IMG/VR virus record: IMGVR_UViG_3300037067_024922
Location: 1-64,000 of that record
Length of the DNA stretch: 64,000 nt
Origin: a virus
Taxonomy: Duplodnaviria; Caudoviricetes
Direction: 5' to 3' (one strand)
The translations under genes were made by a program, and so were the position numbers. The notes below the pieces were generated by a model that was not told the origin of the DNA, ran no database searches, and saw only the letters and a list, made by a program, of their open reading frames with translations. Positions 38,736-48,014 of the stretch are shown piece after piece (the stretch's first letter is position 1; every line of letters starts with the position of its first letter).

Positions 38736-39461
38736 ATGAGAGCAGTTTTGATTGGATATGGCGAGGTTGGGAAAGGACTGTACGAAGTTCTTTCTTTCTA
38801 TCACGAGATGGCGATTCATGATCCTGACCTTGAGTATTTGGCGTATGATGATTTTCTTGATCCCGACCTGCTTCTTATTTCCATTCCATACAACGAGAAA
38901 TTTATTGAGGTGGTGGGGAGATATCAATCATATTTTAAGCCAAAAGCGACAGTTGTTTTTTCCTCCGTCCCTGTCGGTACGTGCTCTTACCTTGGCGCAA
39001 TACATTCTCCGATTGAAGGTCAACACGATAATATGGCCAAGTCAATCCGGGCATTCCCAAGATGGATTGGAGGAGGAAGAGATTACTGGGAAATAGATCT
39101 TGCAGTAAATTTCTTCCTTCAAGCAGGATTGAAAATTGTAAGGGTTCAATCGGCGGACATAACAGAGTTCCTGAAACTTCAATCCACCACCATCTATGGC
39201 ATCAACATTGAGTGGGCAAGGTACTGTAAGCAGGTGCTTGATAGTCTTGGGGCAGGTTATGAGATGCTAAAAGATTACAATCGGCATTATAACAAGCTTG
39301 TCATGGAGAATGGGCAATGGGAATATCAGCGTTGCAATCTTGGTCCTCCTCCGGGGAAGATAGGAGGACATTGTGTTCTTCCCAATGCAAAGTTGCTGCA
39401 AAAGGGGTTTGGCCATTCATTTATACAGACGGTTTTGGATCTGAATGAGGCGAAGGAATGA
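38736..39461 (+). CDS. UDP-glucose/GDP-mannose dehydrogenase family protein (short form, WbpA-like)
   Basis: IGYGEVG, SSVPVGT, HSP, E..KL..T and IGGHC motifs; no C-terminal UDP-binding domain. Confidence 0.8.
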   Translation: MRAVLIGYGEVGKGLYEVLSFYHEMAIHDPDLEYLAYDDFLDPDLLLISIPYNEKFIEVVGRYQSYFKPKATVVFSSVPVGTCSYLGAIHSPIEGQHDNMAKSIRAFPRWIGGGRDYWEIDLAVNFFLQAGLKIVRVQSADITEFLKLQSTTIYGINIEWARYCKQVLDSLGAGYEMLKDYNRHYNKLVMENGQWEYQRCNLGPPPGKIGGHCVLPNAKLLQKGFGHSFIQTVLDLNEAKE

Positions 39462-39901
39462 TCAAGGAATTTCAAGGTGAGTACAGATGGCTGAGTAATT
39501 TTTATCCCGTGGCTATACGATTTCAAGGCTGGTTATTTCCTTCGGTTGAACATGCTTATCAATCGGCCAAGTCAGATGACATTCACTGGAAGAGATTCTG
39601 TTTAAATCCTGATGTAAGAGCCGGAGAGGTGAAAAAGAGGTCGCATCATATCGCCGTAGTGCCAGGTTGGCGACAAGGTCGTTTGAAAATAATGGAGGAA
39701 CTTGTAGATCTAAAATATGATCAGGAGCCTTTTAAGTCAAAACTGCTCGCTACGATGGAGGAGCATATACAGGAAGGGAACTTCTGGTATGACACATTTT
39801 GGGGTGTTGATTTGAGAACAGGTCGGGGTGAGAATAATCTCGGCAAGATCATAATGGAGAAGAGACAAAGACTGCAATACGTCTCATCGCAGGAGAGCTA
39901 A
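39458..39901 (+). CDS. NADAR (YbiA) family N-glycosidase
   Basis: LSNFY, SVEHAYQSAK, LLAT, EGN.W.DTFWG and GENNLGKIIM motifs. Confidence 0.92.
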   Translation: MIKEFQGEYRWLSNFYPVAIRFQGWLFPSVEHAYQSAKSDDIHWKRFCLNPDVRAGEVKKRSHHIAVVPGWRQGRLKIMEELVDLKYDQEPFKSKLLATMEEHIQEGNFWYDTFWGVDLRTGRGENNLGKIIMEKRQRLQYVSSQES

Positions 39902-39902
39902 A

Positions 39903-40336
39903 ATGGATGTAAGTTCTGTTAGTAAAAATTCGATTAAAATTTTGGACTTTTTAAAAGGAACAGATCTCAAGCCTGACGAGAAAATCGCCGCTCTTGATGT
40001 CGCATCGGCAACTATCAGGGCTGCTTTGTCCGCAGAAACCTTGAAGATTATGTGTGCAAACATTTTAGGAGGGAGACCGACATGAGCCGTTTGATTTTGA
40101 TGTACCCAATTCCTTTTATTGAGGCCAATTGCATTTATGCCAAGACACAGAGGAAGTATTTGCCTTTGCCTGCTTATCGGCAGGAAGATGGTACGGTGAC
40201 AACTTGCTGGAAGATGGGATTTCTGGAAAGACTGGAAGTCCTGTTATCGGGCAGAGTGTGGTTAAGTGTATCAACCTTTAATCAGCCCTTGCAGCCTTTG
40301 AGAATGATGATCAGGTCCCGGTTTAGGAGCCTGTAA
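39903..40336 (+). other. Two small hypothetical genes (39903-40085, 40082-40336)
   Basis: Coupled ORFs with RBS. Confidence 0.45.
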
Positions 40337-40466
40337 AAAAGAGGCGAAAGGTAAAAATGAATGCAGGTGTGTTTCAGGAGGTGCAAAAACTTCTTCATGT
40401 TCTCAGATTACAAAAAGATGGCGAGCCTATAAATGTTCAATTACTTTCAGGAAGGAAAATTGTTTT

Positions 40467-41438
40467 ATGAATATAGCAATCATATCAGATTTTAACATTG
40501 GTGGCCAGCCAACAGCATTGATGAGGGCCATCAATAAATACACGGCTCATAAGGCTCGTTGTATCATTGCTTACGATGATGGTTTTCAATACGATAAGGA
40601 TATCATCCTCAATACGCCAGAGGCAAAAGAGGAGGCTGCTGAATGGTGCAGGCATGCTGACTTCTTTCATTTTGGTCGCATGATATTCAACTGGCCGGGA
40701 ATTGATTTTAATACCCTTGTGAATTTTGATAATTGCTGTGTTAAATACTATGGTTCAGAGCTTCGGGATAATTTTGGGATAATCAGGAATTTCCATGAGA
40801 GGACAGGAGTTGTAGCAATCACAGGTACGGATTGGACAATCACCGGGAGATTGCCCAGTTCGTTTTATCATCTTGGTTCTTATTTCACGAAGTATGGGGA
40901 CATGGATGAGAAAGACATCCCTTTGTGTGATCAGGGAGATCTCCTAAGGATTTGTGCGGGCTCTGCCGGATCTCCATTGAAGGGGTATGATTTGCTGCAT
41001 CAGATTCTGAATGAGTCGAAGCAGGATATTGAATGGGAATTTATATCGCAGGTTTCAAATCAGGTCTGTCTTGAGAGGAAGCTGAAACACAATTGCACAT
41101 TTACTTCTGTTCATGGGGGCTGGGGGATCAGCGGGATCGAGAGTATGTATCAGGGGCATGTGGTGTTGAGCTGTCTTGACCCTTGGATAATGTCAATGTA
41201 TCCTGACAATCCAACCATCATTGTAACGAAAGACACCTTGAAGGGGAAGCTGAGGAATATGGCGGCTTGTCCTGAAATGAGACGATTGATCGGTCGGGAG
41301 AGCCGGGAATTCGCAATCAAAAATTTCAGCACCAAGACCATTTTGAAGAAATATCTGTACCTGATTGATCTGATCATGAATAGGAAAAAGTATCTTGATG
41401 GAGGAAGTGTTCCGTCCATCATTTACAATGAGTTTTGA
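40467..41438 (+). CDS. GT-B (GT4-like) glycosyltransferase
   Basis: KG motif, GWGISGIESM..G.VV and RRLIGRESREFA..NFS. Confidence 0.75.
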   Translation: MNIAIISDFNIGGQPTALMRAINKYTAHKARCIIAYDDGFQYDKDIILNTPEAKEEAAEWCRHADFFHFGRMIFNWPGIDFNTLVNFDNCCVKYYGSELRDNFGIIRNFHERTGVVAITGTDWTITGRLPSSFYHLGSYFTKYGDMDEKDIPLCDQGDLLRICAGSAGSPLKGYDLLHQILNESKQDIEWEFISQVSNQVCLERKLKHNCTFTSVHGGWGISGIESMYQGHVVLSCLDPWIMSMYPDNPTIIVTKDTLKGKLRNMAACPEMRRLIGRESREFAIKNFSTKTILKKYLYLIDLIMNRKKYLDGGSVPSIIYNEF

Positions 41439-41448
41439 GTGAGACAAA

Positions 41449-41485
41449 AAATATCTTTTACTGTTATTGAGAATAAGGTTATAAT
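41449..41485 (+). promoter_or_regulatory. AAATATCTTTT-N20-TATAAT promoter
   Basis: Copy of the recurrent motif. Confidence 0.65.
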
Positions 41486-41541
41486 AATAAAAAGAGGTTG
41501 AATATGGTTTTGATAAACAACAAGAAAGGAGGTAAGGGTAG

Positions 41542-41916
41542 ATGAAGAAAGTATGTTTTATGTTTTTGCTTCTCGTGATGGTGTTTGCCATTTTCGCGGG
41601 AACGGTGTGGGGACATAATGCCCCGATTGTCGTTGGCCAGGAGCAGGCCGTTGGTGCCTCTCCGCCCTGTCAGAATAATCTGACAACCTTAACTTATTTG
41701 AGCTCCGAATTTCAGCTGTCGGCACGAGAGTATGTCAAGGTCCTCTCGGCTTCGGCTCTTTCTCCGATGGCCATTGCATATGTGTCCTGTTCTTTGATGA
41801 TAGCAGGATCGCATATTGCAGTCCCCATTTCGAAAGACAATTTATTTTATAGAAATCCAGACCGGCTTCGGGTCGCCTGCGGTGCCTTTAACTGCAACTG
41901 TCGAAACTGTATCTGA
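41542..41916 (+). CDS. Secreted hypothetical protein
   Basis: MKK plus hydrophobic signal peptide; Cys-rich C-terminus. Confidence 0.55.
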   Translation: MKKVCFMFLLLVMVFAIFAGTVWGHNAPIVVGQEQAVGASPPCQNNLTTLTYLSSEFQLSAREYVKVLSASALSPMAIAYVSCSLMIAGSHIAVPISKDNLFYRNPDRLRVACGAFNCNCRNCI

Positions 41917-41954
41917 GTCAATGCCATAGAGATATGCTCTGTGGCGGACAACCA

Positions 41955-41992
41955 AGGAAGGGGAGAAGGGGGAAATCTCCCCTTCCTGTTTT
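41955..41992 (+). terminator. Intrinsic terminator
   Basis: AGGAAGGGGAGA/TCTCCCCTTCCT stem plus T run. Confidence 0.7.
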
Positions 41993-42022
41993 ATAAACCA
42001 GATTCTTTCCGGGAGAAATAAA

Positions 42023-42532
42023 ATGTCATCAATCACAGTACAGCAATCCTCTACCACAGAATCTTCCTGTCCCAAAGATCCAATCATTCATTCCGCTACA
42101 CAAATTTGGCATCCTCATCTTTGCAATATTTATGGCAATTGTATTATAGGCGCTCATTGTAACATAGGTGCTTTTGTTGAAATCGGTCCTGGCGTTATCA
42201 TTAAAGATTGGGTCAGGATTGGAGCCCATTGTTTTATACCAGAAGGGGTTACGATTGAGGAGGATTGTTTTGTTGGGCCGGGAACTATTTTTTGTAACGA
42301 TAGATATCCTCCTGGAGGAAAAGAGGCGTGGAGGCCTGTTCTCGTAAGGAAAAAGGCCAGTATCGGAGCAGGATCGGTTATTCTTCCGGGCGTGGAAATA
42401 GGGGAAGGTGCGATGATTGGCGCAGGGACAGTTGTGACAAGGAATATCCCTGCTGGATGGAGAGTTGTTGGCAATCCGGCCAGAAGAATATTGCCCCATA
42501 TTATGAATTGTGAGAAGGGAGAAATTGTGTGA
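42023..42532 (+). CDS. Left-handed beta-helix sugar N-acetyltransferase (WbpD/WlbB-like)
   Basis: Hexapeptide repeats, FCNDRYP, VVGNPAR. Confidence 0.88.
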   Translation: MSSITVQQSSTTESSCPKDPIIHSATQIWHPHLCNIYGNCIIGAHCNIGAFVEIGPGVIIKDWVRIGAHCFIPEGVTIEEDCFVGPGTIFCNDRYPPGGKEAWRPVLVRKKASIGAGSVILPGVEIGEGAMIGAGTVVTRNIPAGWRVVGNPARRILPHIMNCEKGEIV

Positions 42533-43704
42533 TACCATTCATAAAGCCATATTATGATGACGACGATTTTAATGCAATCAAGCAGGTTCTTCAATCAGGT
42601 TGGGTTGCCCAAGGCCCAAAGGTAGAAGAATTTGAAGAAGCAGCAGCAAAGTATCTTGGCTGTAAATATACGATCAGTGTATCCAATTGCACTACGGCAT
42701 TGACATTGGCTTTGATGGCATTGGAGATTGGGCCGGGAGATGAGGTGATTGTGCCTGATTTTACATTCCCCGCCACTGTGATTGCTGTTACAAATGTTGG
42801 GGCAACTCCTGTGCTGGTCGATGTCAATAGAGAAAATTACAACGTCTCTCCTCAGATGGTGGCTTTGGCAATCACAAGAAAAACAAAGGCCATTATTCCT
42901 GTTCATTTGTTTGGGCTGTCCTGTAACATGCACGAAATAAACAGCTTGGCGAGTACTTATGGCCTCTATGTGATTGAAGATGCCGCCTGTTCTCTTGGTA
43001 CGGAAATAGATGTTTATGGCAGTGAAGACGAGGACCAATTAAAAGCAGGGACAATGAGTGATATAGGCTGTTTCTCTTTACAGGCCAGCAAAGGTATAAC
43101 GACCGGAGAGGGTGGCCTTATTTGTACTAATGATTATGTGCTTGCAGACAGGATGAGAAGGCTATCGTGCTTTGGTGATGAACGAACATTTCGCAGATCT
43201 TTATTCAAACAGATTAATTCTGCGGATGCTCCTTTCTATTTTGATCCCAAGGCAGGCAATTATAAAATGTCTGATATCACGGCGGCTCTTGCTTTGTCGC
43301 AACTGCGCAAGATCGAAAAGATGATAGATTGGAGAATTAAAATTGCCAAAGAATGGGATGAAGTGGTTAATGGAGATCCATTCTTGCGTTCGGTCATCAT
43401 TTCCAAACCGGAGATCATGACAGATCATTCTCATATTTATCAATCATATGTTATGGTCTGCCAGCAGGGAAAACGACCGCTGGTTATGGAGTATTTCAAA
43501 GAGCATGGGTTTCAGACCGGGATTGGAACCCATGCCTGTAGTCGATATCCGAATTTGATGGAAAGACAATCAAAAGGACAAGAAAGATTGCCGCCGATTC
43601 TTGATTGTGGAGTTTCAAATTATCTTTATGAAAATGCAATTTCGCTTCCGAGATATTATGGTCTTGAGGTTTTGAGGGAATGGAAGAAGGCAAAGCTAAA
43701 ATAA
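42529..43704 (+). CDS. DegT/DnrJ/EryC1/StrS sugar aminotransferase (WbpE-like)
   Basis: GPKVEEFE, PVHLFG, IEDAA, FS...SK.ITTGEGG and NYKMSDI motifs. Confidence 0.95.
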   Translation: MIPFIKPYYDDDDFNAIKQVLQSGWVAQGPKVEEFEEAAAKYLGCKYTISVSNCTTALTLALMALEIGPGDEVIVPDFTFPATVIAVTNVGATPVLVDVNRENYNVSPQMVALAITRKTKAIIPVHLFGLSCNMHEINSLASTYGLYVIEDAACSLGTEIDVYGSEDEDQLKAGTMSDIGCFSLQASKGITTGEGGLICTNDYVLADRMRRLSCFGDERTFRRSLFKQINSADAPFYFDPKAGNYKMSDITAALALSQLRKIEKMIDWRIKIAKEWDEVVNGDPFLRSVIISKPEIMTDHSHIYQSYVMVCQQGKRPLVMEYFKEHGFQTGIGTHACSRYPNLMERQSKGQERLPPILDCGVSNYLYENAISLPRYYGLEVLREWKKAKLK

Positions 43705-43846
43705 GAAAGAAGAAAATCCCCAAAAGCAATTATTGTGCATTTTCCCATAATTGTGACAAAGAGATAAACTGCAGAGATGGGAATTTCTGCTCTGTTTTTC
43801 AGCACACAAAACTTTTCACAAGTCTTAGATTTGAAGGAGAAAAGAG

Positions 43847-44134
43847 ATGCCAAGTCCGGAAGAAATGACTGTAGAGTATTTCAGGCTGATGCAAATAGCA
43901 GGCCGTCAGATCAGCCTGTCTACTACAGGCCACTTGTGGTTTTCTGAGAGAGAGTGGTGGATATTGCATGATCGTGGCCGGGATAGAACCTTCGGGATAT
44001 TGGCAGATGGGAGAATCATTGAATATACAGAGATGATCTCCTTTGAAGCAATCATGGAAAATCCAGGAGACGTTTGCGGGTTTGCAGATGCAAGGTATTT
44101 GGGGATTGGCGAATTTCATCACTGGGAGAAATGA
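43847..44134 (+). CDS. Hypothetical protein
   Basis: RBS AAGGAG; coupled to the next gene. Confidence 0.45.
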   Translation: MPSPEEMTVEYFRLMQIAGRQISLSTTGHLWFSEREWWILHDRGRDRTFGILADGRIIEYTEMISFEAIMENPGDVCGFADARYLGIGEFHHWEK

Positions 44135-45075
44135 CAATGAAAAGAGCTCTGGTTGTTGGTGGCGCTGGATTTATAGGCAGCCATCTTGTTGATGCCCTGT
44201 TAAAGGAAGGGATAAAGGTATGCGTGGTTGATAATCTCTTTCTCGGCAAGGCTTCTAATTTGTCAAAAGAGGTTATGCTGCTCAGGATTGATGCTTGCAA
44301 AATTCATGCCCTTGATCAAGTCATATTGCAATTCAAGCCGGATACAATCTACAATCTTGCGGTGATGCCTCTTCCCCATTCCATTGGCCGTCCTTACGAA
44401 AATGTCAGGACCAATATTAAGATCGTCCAGAATCTATGCGAGATCATGAAAGATGGCATTGTTAAAACTCTGATACAGTTTTCCTCTTCTGAGGTTTATG
44501 GGTCAGCCAAATATGAACCAATGTGCGAAGATCATCCTTGGAGGGCATCGACTCCGTATGCAGCCAGCAAGGCGGCAGGAGACATGATTTGCCTTTCATA
44601 TTACAGGACATTTGGTTGTGATATCAAGATCCTTCGCCCATTCAACAATTATGGCCCTCGACAGAATGCGGGATCATATGCCGGAATAATTCCAATTACA
44701 ATAAACAGGATACGCAATGGAATGCCGCCGATTATTTTTGGGGACGGTCTTCAAACAAGGGATTATATTTATGTCAAGGATACTGCGAGAGCAGCTGTGA
44801 TGATTGGAAAAATGGAAGGGCTGAAAGGCGAGGTGATCAATATTGCCTCTGGCCATGACTATTCAATCTTTTGGCTGGTTAAGGAGATCATGAGATTGAT
44901 GCAGCATATAACTCCTTCTGTCGGTGAAATTGAATATCAGCCAGCCCGTTCAGGAGATATTCGGCGACATATCGCAAATGTTTTGAAGGCGAAAGATTTA
45001 TTAGGATTTGAGCATCAGGTATCAATGGAAGAAGGCTTGGTAGGGACTATCGATTGGTACTTGAAAAATGGATAA
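44131..45075 (+). CDS. NAD-dependent nucleotide-sugar epimerase/dehydratase
   Basis: GGAGFIGSH, SSSEVYG, YAASK, RPFNNYGP and GDGLQTRD motifs. Confidence 0.95.
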   Translation: MTMKRALVVGGAGFIGSHLVDALLKEGIKVCVVDNLFLGKASNLSKEVMLLRIDACKIHALDQVILQFKPDTIYNLAVMPLPHSIGRPYENVRTNIKIVQNLCEIMKDGIVKTLIQFSSSEVYGSAKYEPMCEDHPWRASTPYAASKAAGDMICLSYYRTFGCDIKILRPFNNYGPRQNAGSYAGIIPITINRIRNGMPPIIFGDGLQTRDYIYVKDTARAAVMIGKMEGLKGEVINIASGHDYSIFWLVKEIMRLMQHITPSVGEIEYQPARSGDIRRHIANVLKAKDLLGFEHQVSMEEGLVGTIDWYLKNG

Positions 45076-46285
45076 GCCAATATTTTGTATCACAAGTGAT
45101 ATCGACTGGGCAAGGTCTTCACACACAAAGTATCTGATAGATTTTTTTGAAAGGTTTGGAATAACCCCTACTCTGTTTGCTACTCATAATTGTCCTGTTG
45201 TGAATGCTTTCCTTGAATCTCATCCAAACGATGTTGGTATTCATCCAAACTTCCGCGTAAATTCAACCCACGGGAAGGACATGGTCTCTGTTATTGACCA
45301 TATGTTTGGGTTGTATCCGAACGTTAAGGTCTTTCGTTCTCATGCATTTTATGATAGCGCTGATATATGGCAGGAGATGGTCAAGAGAGGAATCAGGTAC
45401 GATAGCAACATCTGTCTTTATTTACAGAGAGACATCGTCCCATTGAAGTTAAGCGTTCCTGGACTTATTCGTTTCCCTGTATTTTGGGAGGATGATGATC
45501 ACTGGGCTAACGCGACTGATTGGAATTTTTATCATTTCAAAGACCAGTTTATGACTCCCGGGTTGAAGATAATAAATGTGCATCCCTCCTGGCTTTGGCT
45601 TTCTTTTAGCTGTCCTTCGTCTGAGCATATACATCACATGAAAGAGCTCAAGACTTTTCTTGAGAATATGATACGATTTGTGCAGTCACAAGGATTTATA
45701 TTCCATACATTGAATGAAATATATGATATGCATATTCGTCCGAAGGCGGTTGCATTTGTATCATGCCAGCGACCATCACAGAATATAGATTTGACTGCCA
45801 GGATCAGTACCTCGGTTATTATAGGTAGGAATGTCGTGATAGGTCCGAATTGTACGATTGGTTATGACGGGTTTGGGTTCGAAAGGAACGTTGAGAATGT
45901 TCCTGTGTACATTGAGCACAAAGGAATTGTTGTAATAGGGGACCATGTTGCAATCCAGTCTAACACTAATGTGGATAGGGCGGAAGGAAAAGATGAGGCT
46001 ACAACAATTGGAAGTTATACAAAGATTGATAGCCTTGTCCATATCGCCCATAATGATCATATTGGAGAGAGGAATCTCATTGCAGCAGGGGCAATCTTTA
46101 GCGGAGAGGTTTCTGTTGGTGACGATAATATGTTTGGTGTAAATTGCACAATAAAACCATCTATAAAAATAGGTAACCGCAACTTGATAGGCTCTGGTTC
46201 GGTTGTTATCTGTGATATAGGAGATGATGAGGTGTGGGCGGGCAACCCTGCCAGGAAGTTGCGAGACAATGAGTTTTTTAAGTAA
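45068..46285 (+). CDS. Fusion of a WbmS-like polysaccharide deacetylase and an LpxD-like acyltransferase
   Basis: N-terminal TSDIDWA, GIHPNF, RSH, FWEDD, NVHP; C-terminal IGYDGFG, DR, TKIDSLVHIAHN, GNPAR. Confidence 0.85.
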   Translation: MDKPIFCITSDIDWARSSHTKYLIDFFERFGITPTLFATHNCPVVNAFLESHPNDVGIHPNFRVNSTHGKDMVSVIDHMFGLYPNVKVFRSHAFYDSADIWQEMVKRGIRYDSNICLYLQRDIVPLKLSVPGLIRFPVFWEDDDHWANATDWNFYHFKDQFMTPGLKIINVHPSWLWLSFSCPSSEHIHHMKELKTFLENMIRFVQSQGFIFHTLNEIYDMHIRPKAVAFVSCQRPSQNIDLTARISTSVIIGRNVVIGPNCTIGYDGFGFERNVENVPVYIEHKGIVVIGDHVAIQSNTNVDRAEGKDEATTIGSYTKIDSLVHIAHNDHIGERNLIAAGAIFSGEVSVGDDNMFGVNCTIKPSIKIGNRNLIGSGSVVICDIGDDEVWAGNPARKLRDNEFFK

Positions 46286-46287
46286 AT

Positions 46288-46323
46288 AAATATCTTTTGT
46301 GTTATAAAAAAATAAGGTAAAAT
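46288..46323 (+). promoter_or_regulatory. AAATATCTTTT-N19-TAAAAT promoter
   Basis: Copy of the recurrent motif. Confidence 0.65.
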
Positions 46324-46342
46324 CCATTCAAAAGGAGAAGGT

Positions 46343-47404
46343 ATGAAAGTCGAATTGCTCAAGATAGAAGATCTGGATGCTTACAAGGAGTATATTCTAA
46401 AACACGAAAGGTCTTCATTTTTCTCTTCTCTTGCATTCGGAGATTTCATACGTTCCATCTGCCCCAATGTTATCCCATATTATTTTGTAGCAAAAGAGCA
46501 AGAAAAGATCGTTGGTATATTGCCGTCGTTTGTGAAAAAGGGATTTCTTGGTCCTGTTCTAAATTCTATGCCTTGGTTTGGGAGCAACCCTGGGGTCCTT
46601 GCTGATGATGATACAATTGCCATCTTTCTGCTACAAGCCTTTAAGCAAACAGCCAAATGGACAGGCTGTTATTCTTCTACATTTATTGCTCCTCCCGTTG
46701 ATAATGAGATCTATGATGTCTTTTTCAAACCGGAGCAGGAAGATGATGTCTTTTCAGATATGAGGATCGGCTTGATCACGCCTCTTCCTGAGTTCAAAGA
46801 GCCTGAGCAGTTTTCATCTGAGCTCTTAAAGAAGGTTCATCAAAAGACAAGGAATCAGATAATCAAGGCAAGCAAGGAATGCATGGTGTATGAATCCTAC
46901 GGCCAGGAGGATTGGGATTTTTTAAAAACCGTTCATAAGGATAATATCCAAGCTGTTGGTGGTGTCTCTAAGAACAAGGAGTTTGATATCATACAAAAGA
47001 CTCTCAGAAAAAAGATTGACTATAAACTTTACGTGGCCATTGCCGATGATGACAGCGCGACACGGATTGGGGCTTTGTTTGTTGAGTATTTTAATAAGAC
47101 GGTGGAGTACATCACACCAGCCGTCGTGTCAGAATATCGCCATTTGTGTCCAATGAATCTCTTGATCTTCTCGGCTATGGGTGATGCTGCTCAGAAAGGG
47201 ATGAAGTGGTGGAATTGGGGCGGGACAAATATTCCCCAGCAGGAAGGGCTTTATCATTTCAAAAAAAGATTTGGTGCAGAGGAATCCAAGTACAGATATT
47301 ACACGCAAATCTATGGTGCGCCTCTGCTTGATATTTCCAAGAAACAGATATTGGAAGGATATCCATTTTTTTATGTCCTTCCATTTTCTCTTTTGGGAAA
47401 ATGA
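46343..47404 (+). CDS. FemAB-like double-GNAT acyl/aminoacyl transferase
   Basis: KTRNQIIKA, P.NLL, NWGGT and GLYHFKKRFGA motifs. Confidence 0.8.
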   Translation: MKVELLKIEDLDAYKEYILKHERSSFFSSLAFGDFIRSICPNVIPYYFVAKEQEKIVGILPSFVKKGFLGPVLNSMPWFGSNPGVLADDDTIAIFLLQAFKQTAKWTGCYSSTFIAPPVDNEIYDVFFKPEQEDDVFSDMRIGLITPLPEFKEPEQFSSELLKKVHQKTRNQIIKASKECMVYESYGQEDWDFLKTVHKDNIQAVGGVSKNKEFDIIQKTLRKKIDYKLYVAIADDDSATRIGALFVEYFNKTVEYITPAVVSEYRHLCPMNLLIFSAMGDAAQKGMKWWNWGGTNIPQQEGLYHFKKRFGAEESKYRYYTQIYGAPLLDISKKQILEGYPFFYVLPFSLLGK

Positions 47405-47406
47405 AT

Positions 47407-47553
47407 ATGCCGGTAAGAGAGGTTCGAAGAAAAGGCAAGATAATAGGTTACAAGTGGGGGAAGACAGGGAAGTTGTATAGAGGCAAAGGAGCAAAAGGGA
47501 AGGCATACAAGCAGGGAGCTGCGGTTAGACACTCCGGGTGGAAAGGAAAATGA
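47407..47553 (+). CDS. 48-aa basic phage protein (not in the ORF track)
   Basis: MPVREVRRKGKIIGYKWGKTGKLY...A.KQG.A resembles a common small phage family. Confidence 0.65.
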   Translation: MPVREVRRKGKIIGYKWGKTGKLYRGKGAKGKAYKQGAAVRHSGWKGK

Positions 47554-47555
47554 AT

Positions 47556-47993
47556 ATGGCAAAATCAACCAGTGGTGATATGGAATATCAAGGGGAGATA
47601 GAAGCGGAGGTCGGGTCGGCAGATTACAAATCCCTTATGGATGCGTTCGGGAGCGGTAAGCCTATACAGTACAGTGATGATCACTATACCGGACTGGTAA
47701 AAGTTATTGATCTAAAGACAAAAGCGGCGCGTATTCCCGCTCGGACTGTTTTTACTGTGTTATCTTTTGTGCAGGGTATGGCCGAGCAATGCTATTTTCA
47801 CAAGGGCGTTGAAGCCCAGGTGTGGCGTGAGACGTTTGTTTTTGGGGAACCGCCACGAGTCCCGTTGTGCTGTGAATGTGCTGGAGAAGCAAGAAAGCTC
47901 CGGCTCTTGCTTTACCCTCTCAACGAGATCCACGTTGACCCTCCTGGATTCAAGATGACGGGGTGGTTTGTTGGTCCTTCAAAAATAATTTAA
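47556..47993 (+). CDS. Hypothetical protein
   Basis: Coupled ORF. Confidence 0.45.
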   Translation: MAKSTSGDMEYQGEIEAEVGSADYKSLMDAFGSGKPIQYSDDHYTGLVKVIDLKTKAARIPARTVFTVLSFVQGMAEQCYFHKGVEAQVWRETFVFGEPPRVPLCCECAGEARKLRLLLYPLNEIHVDPPGFKMTGWFVGPSKII

Positions 47994-48014
47994 AAAATAG
48001 AATTGGAGAAATCA

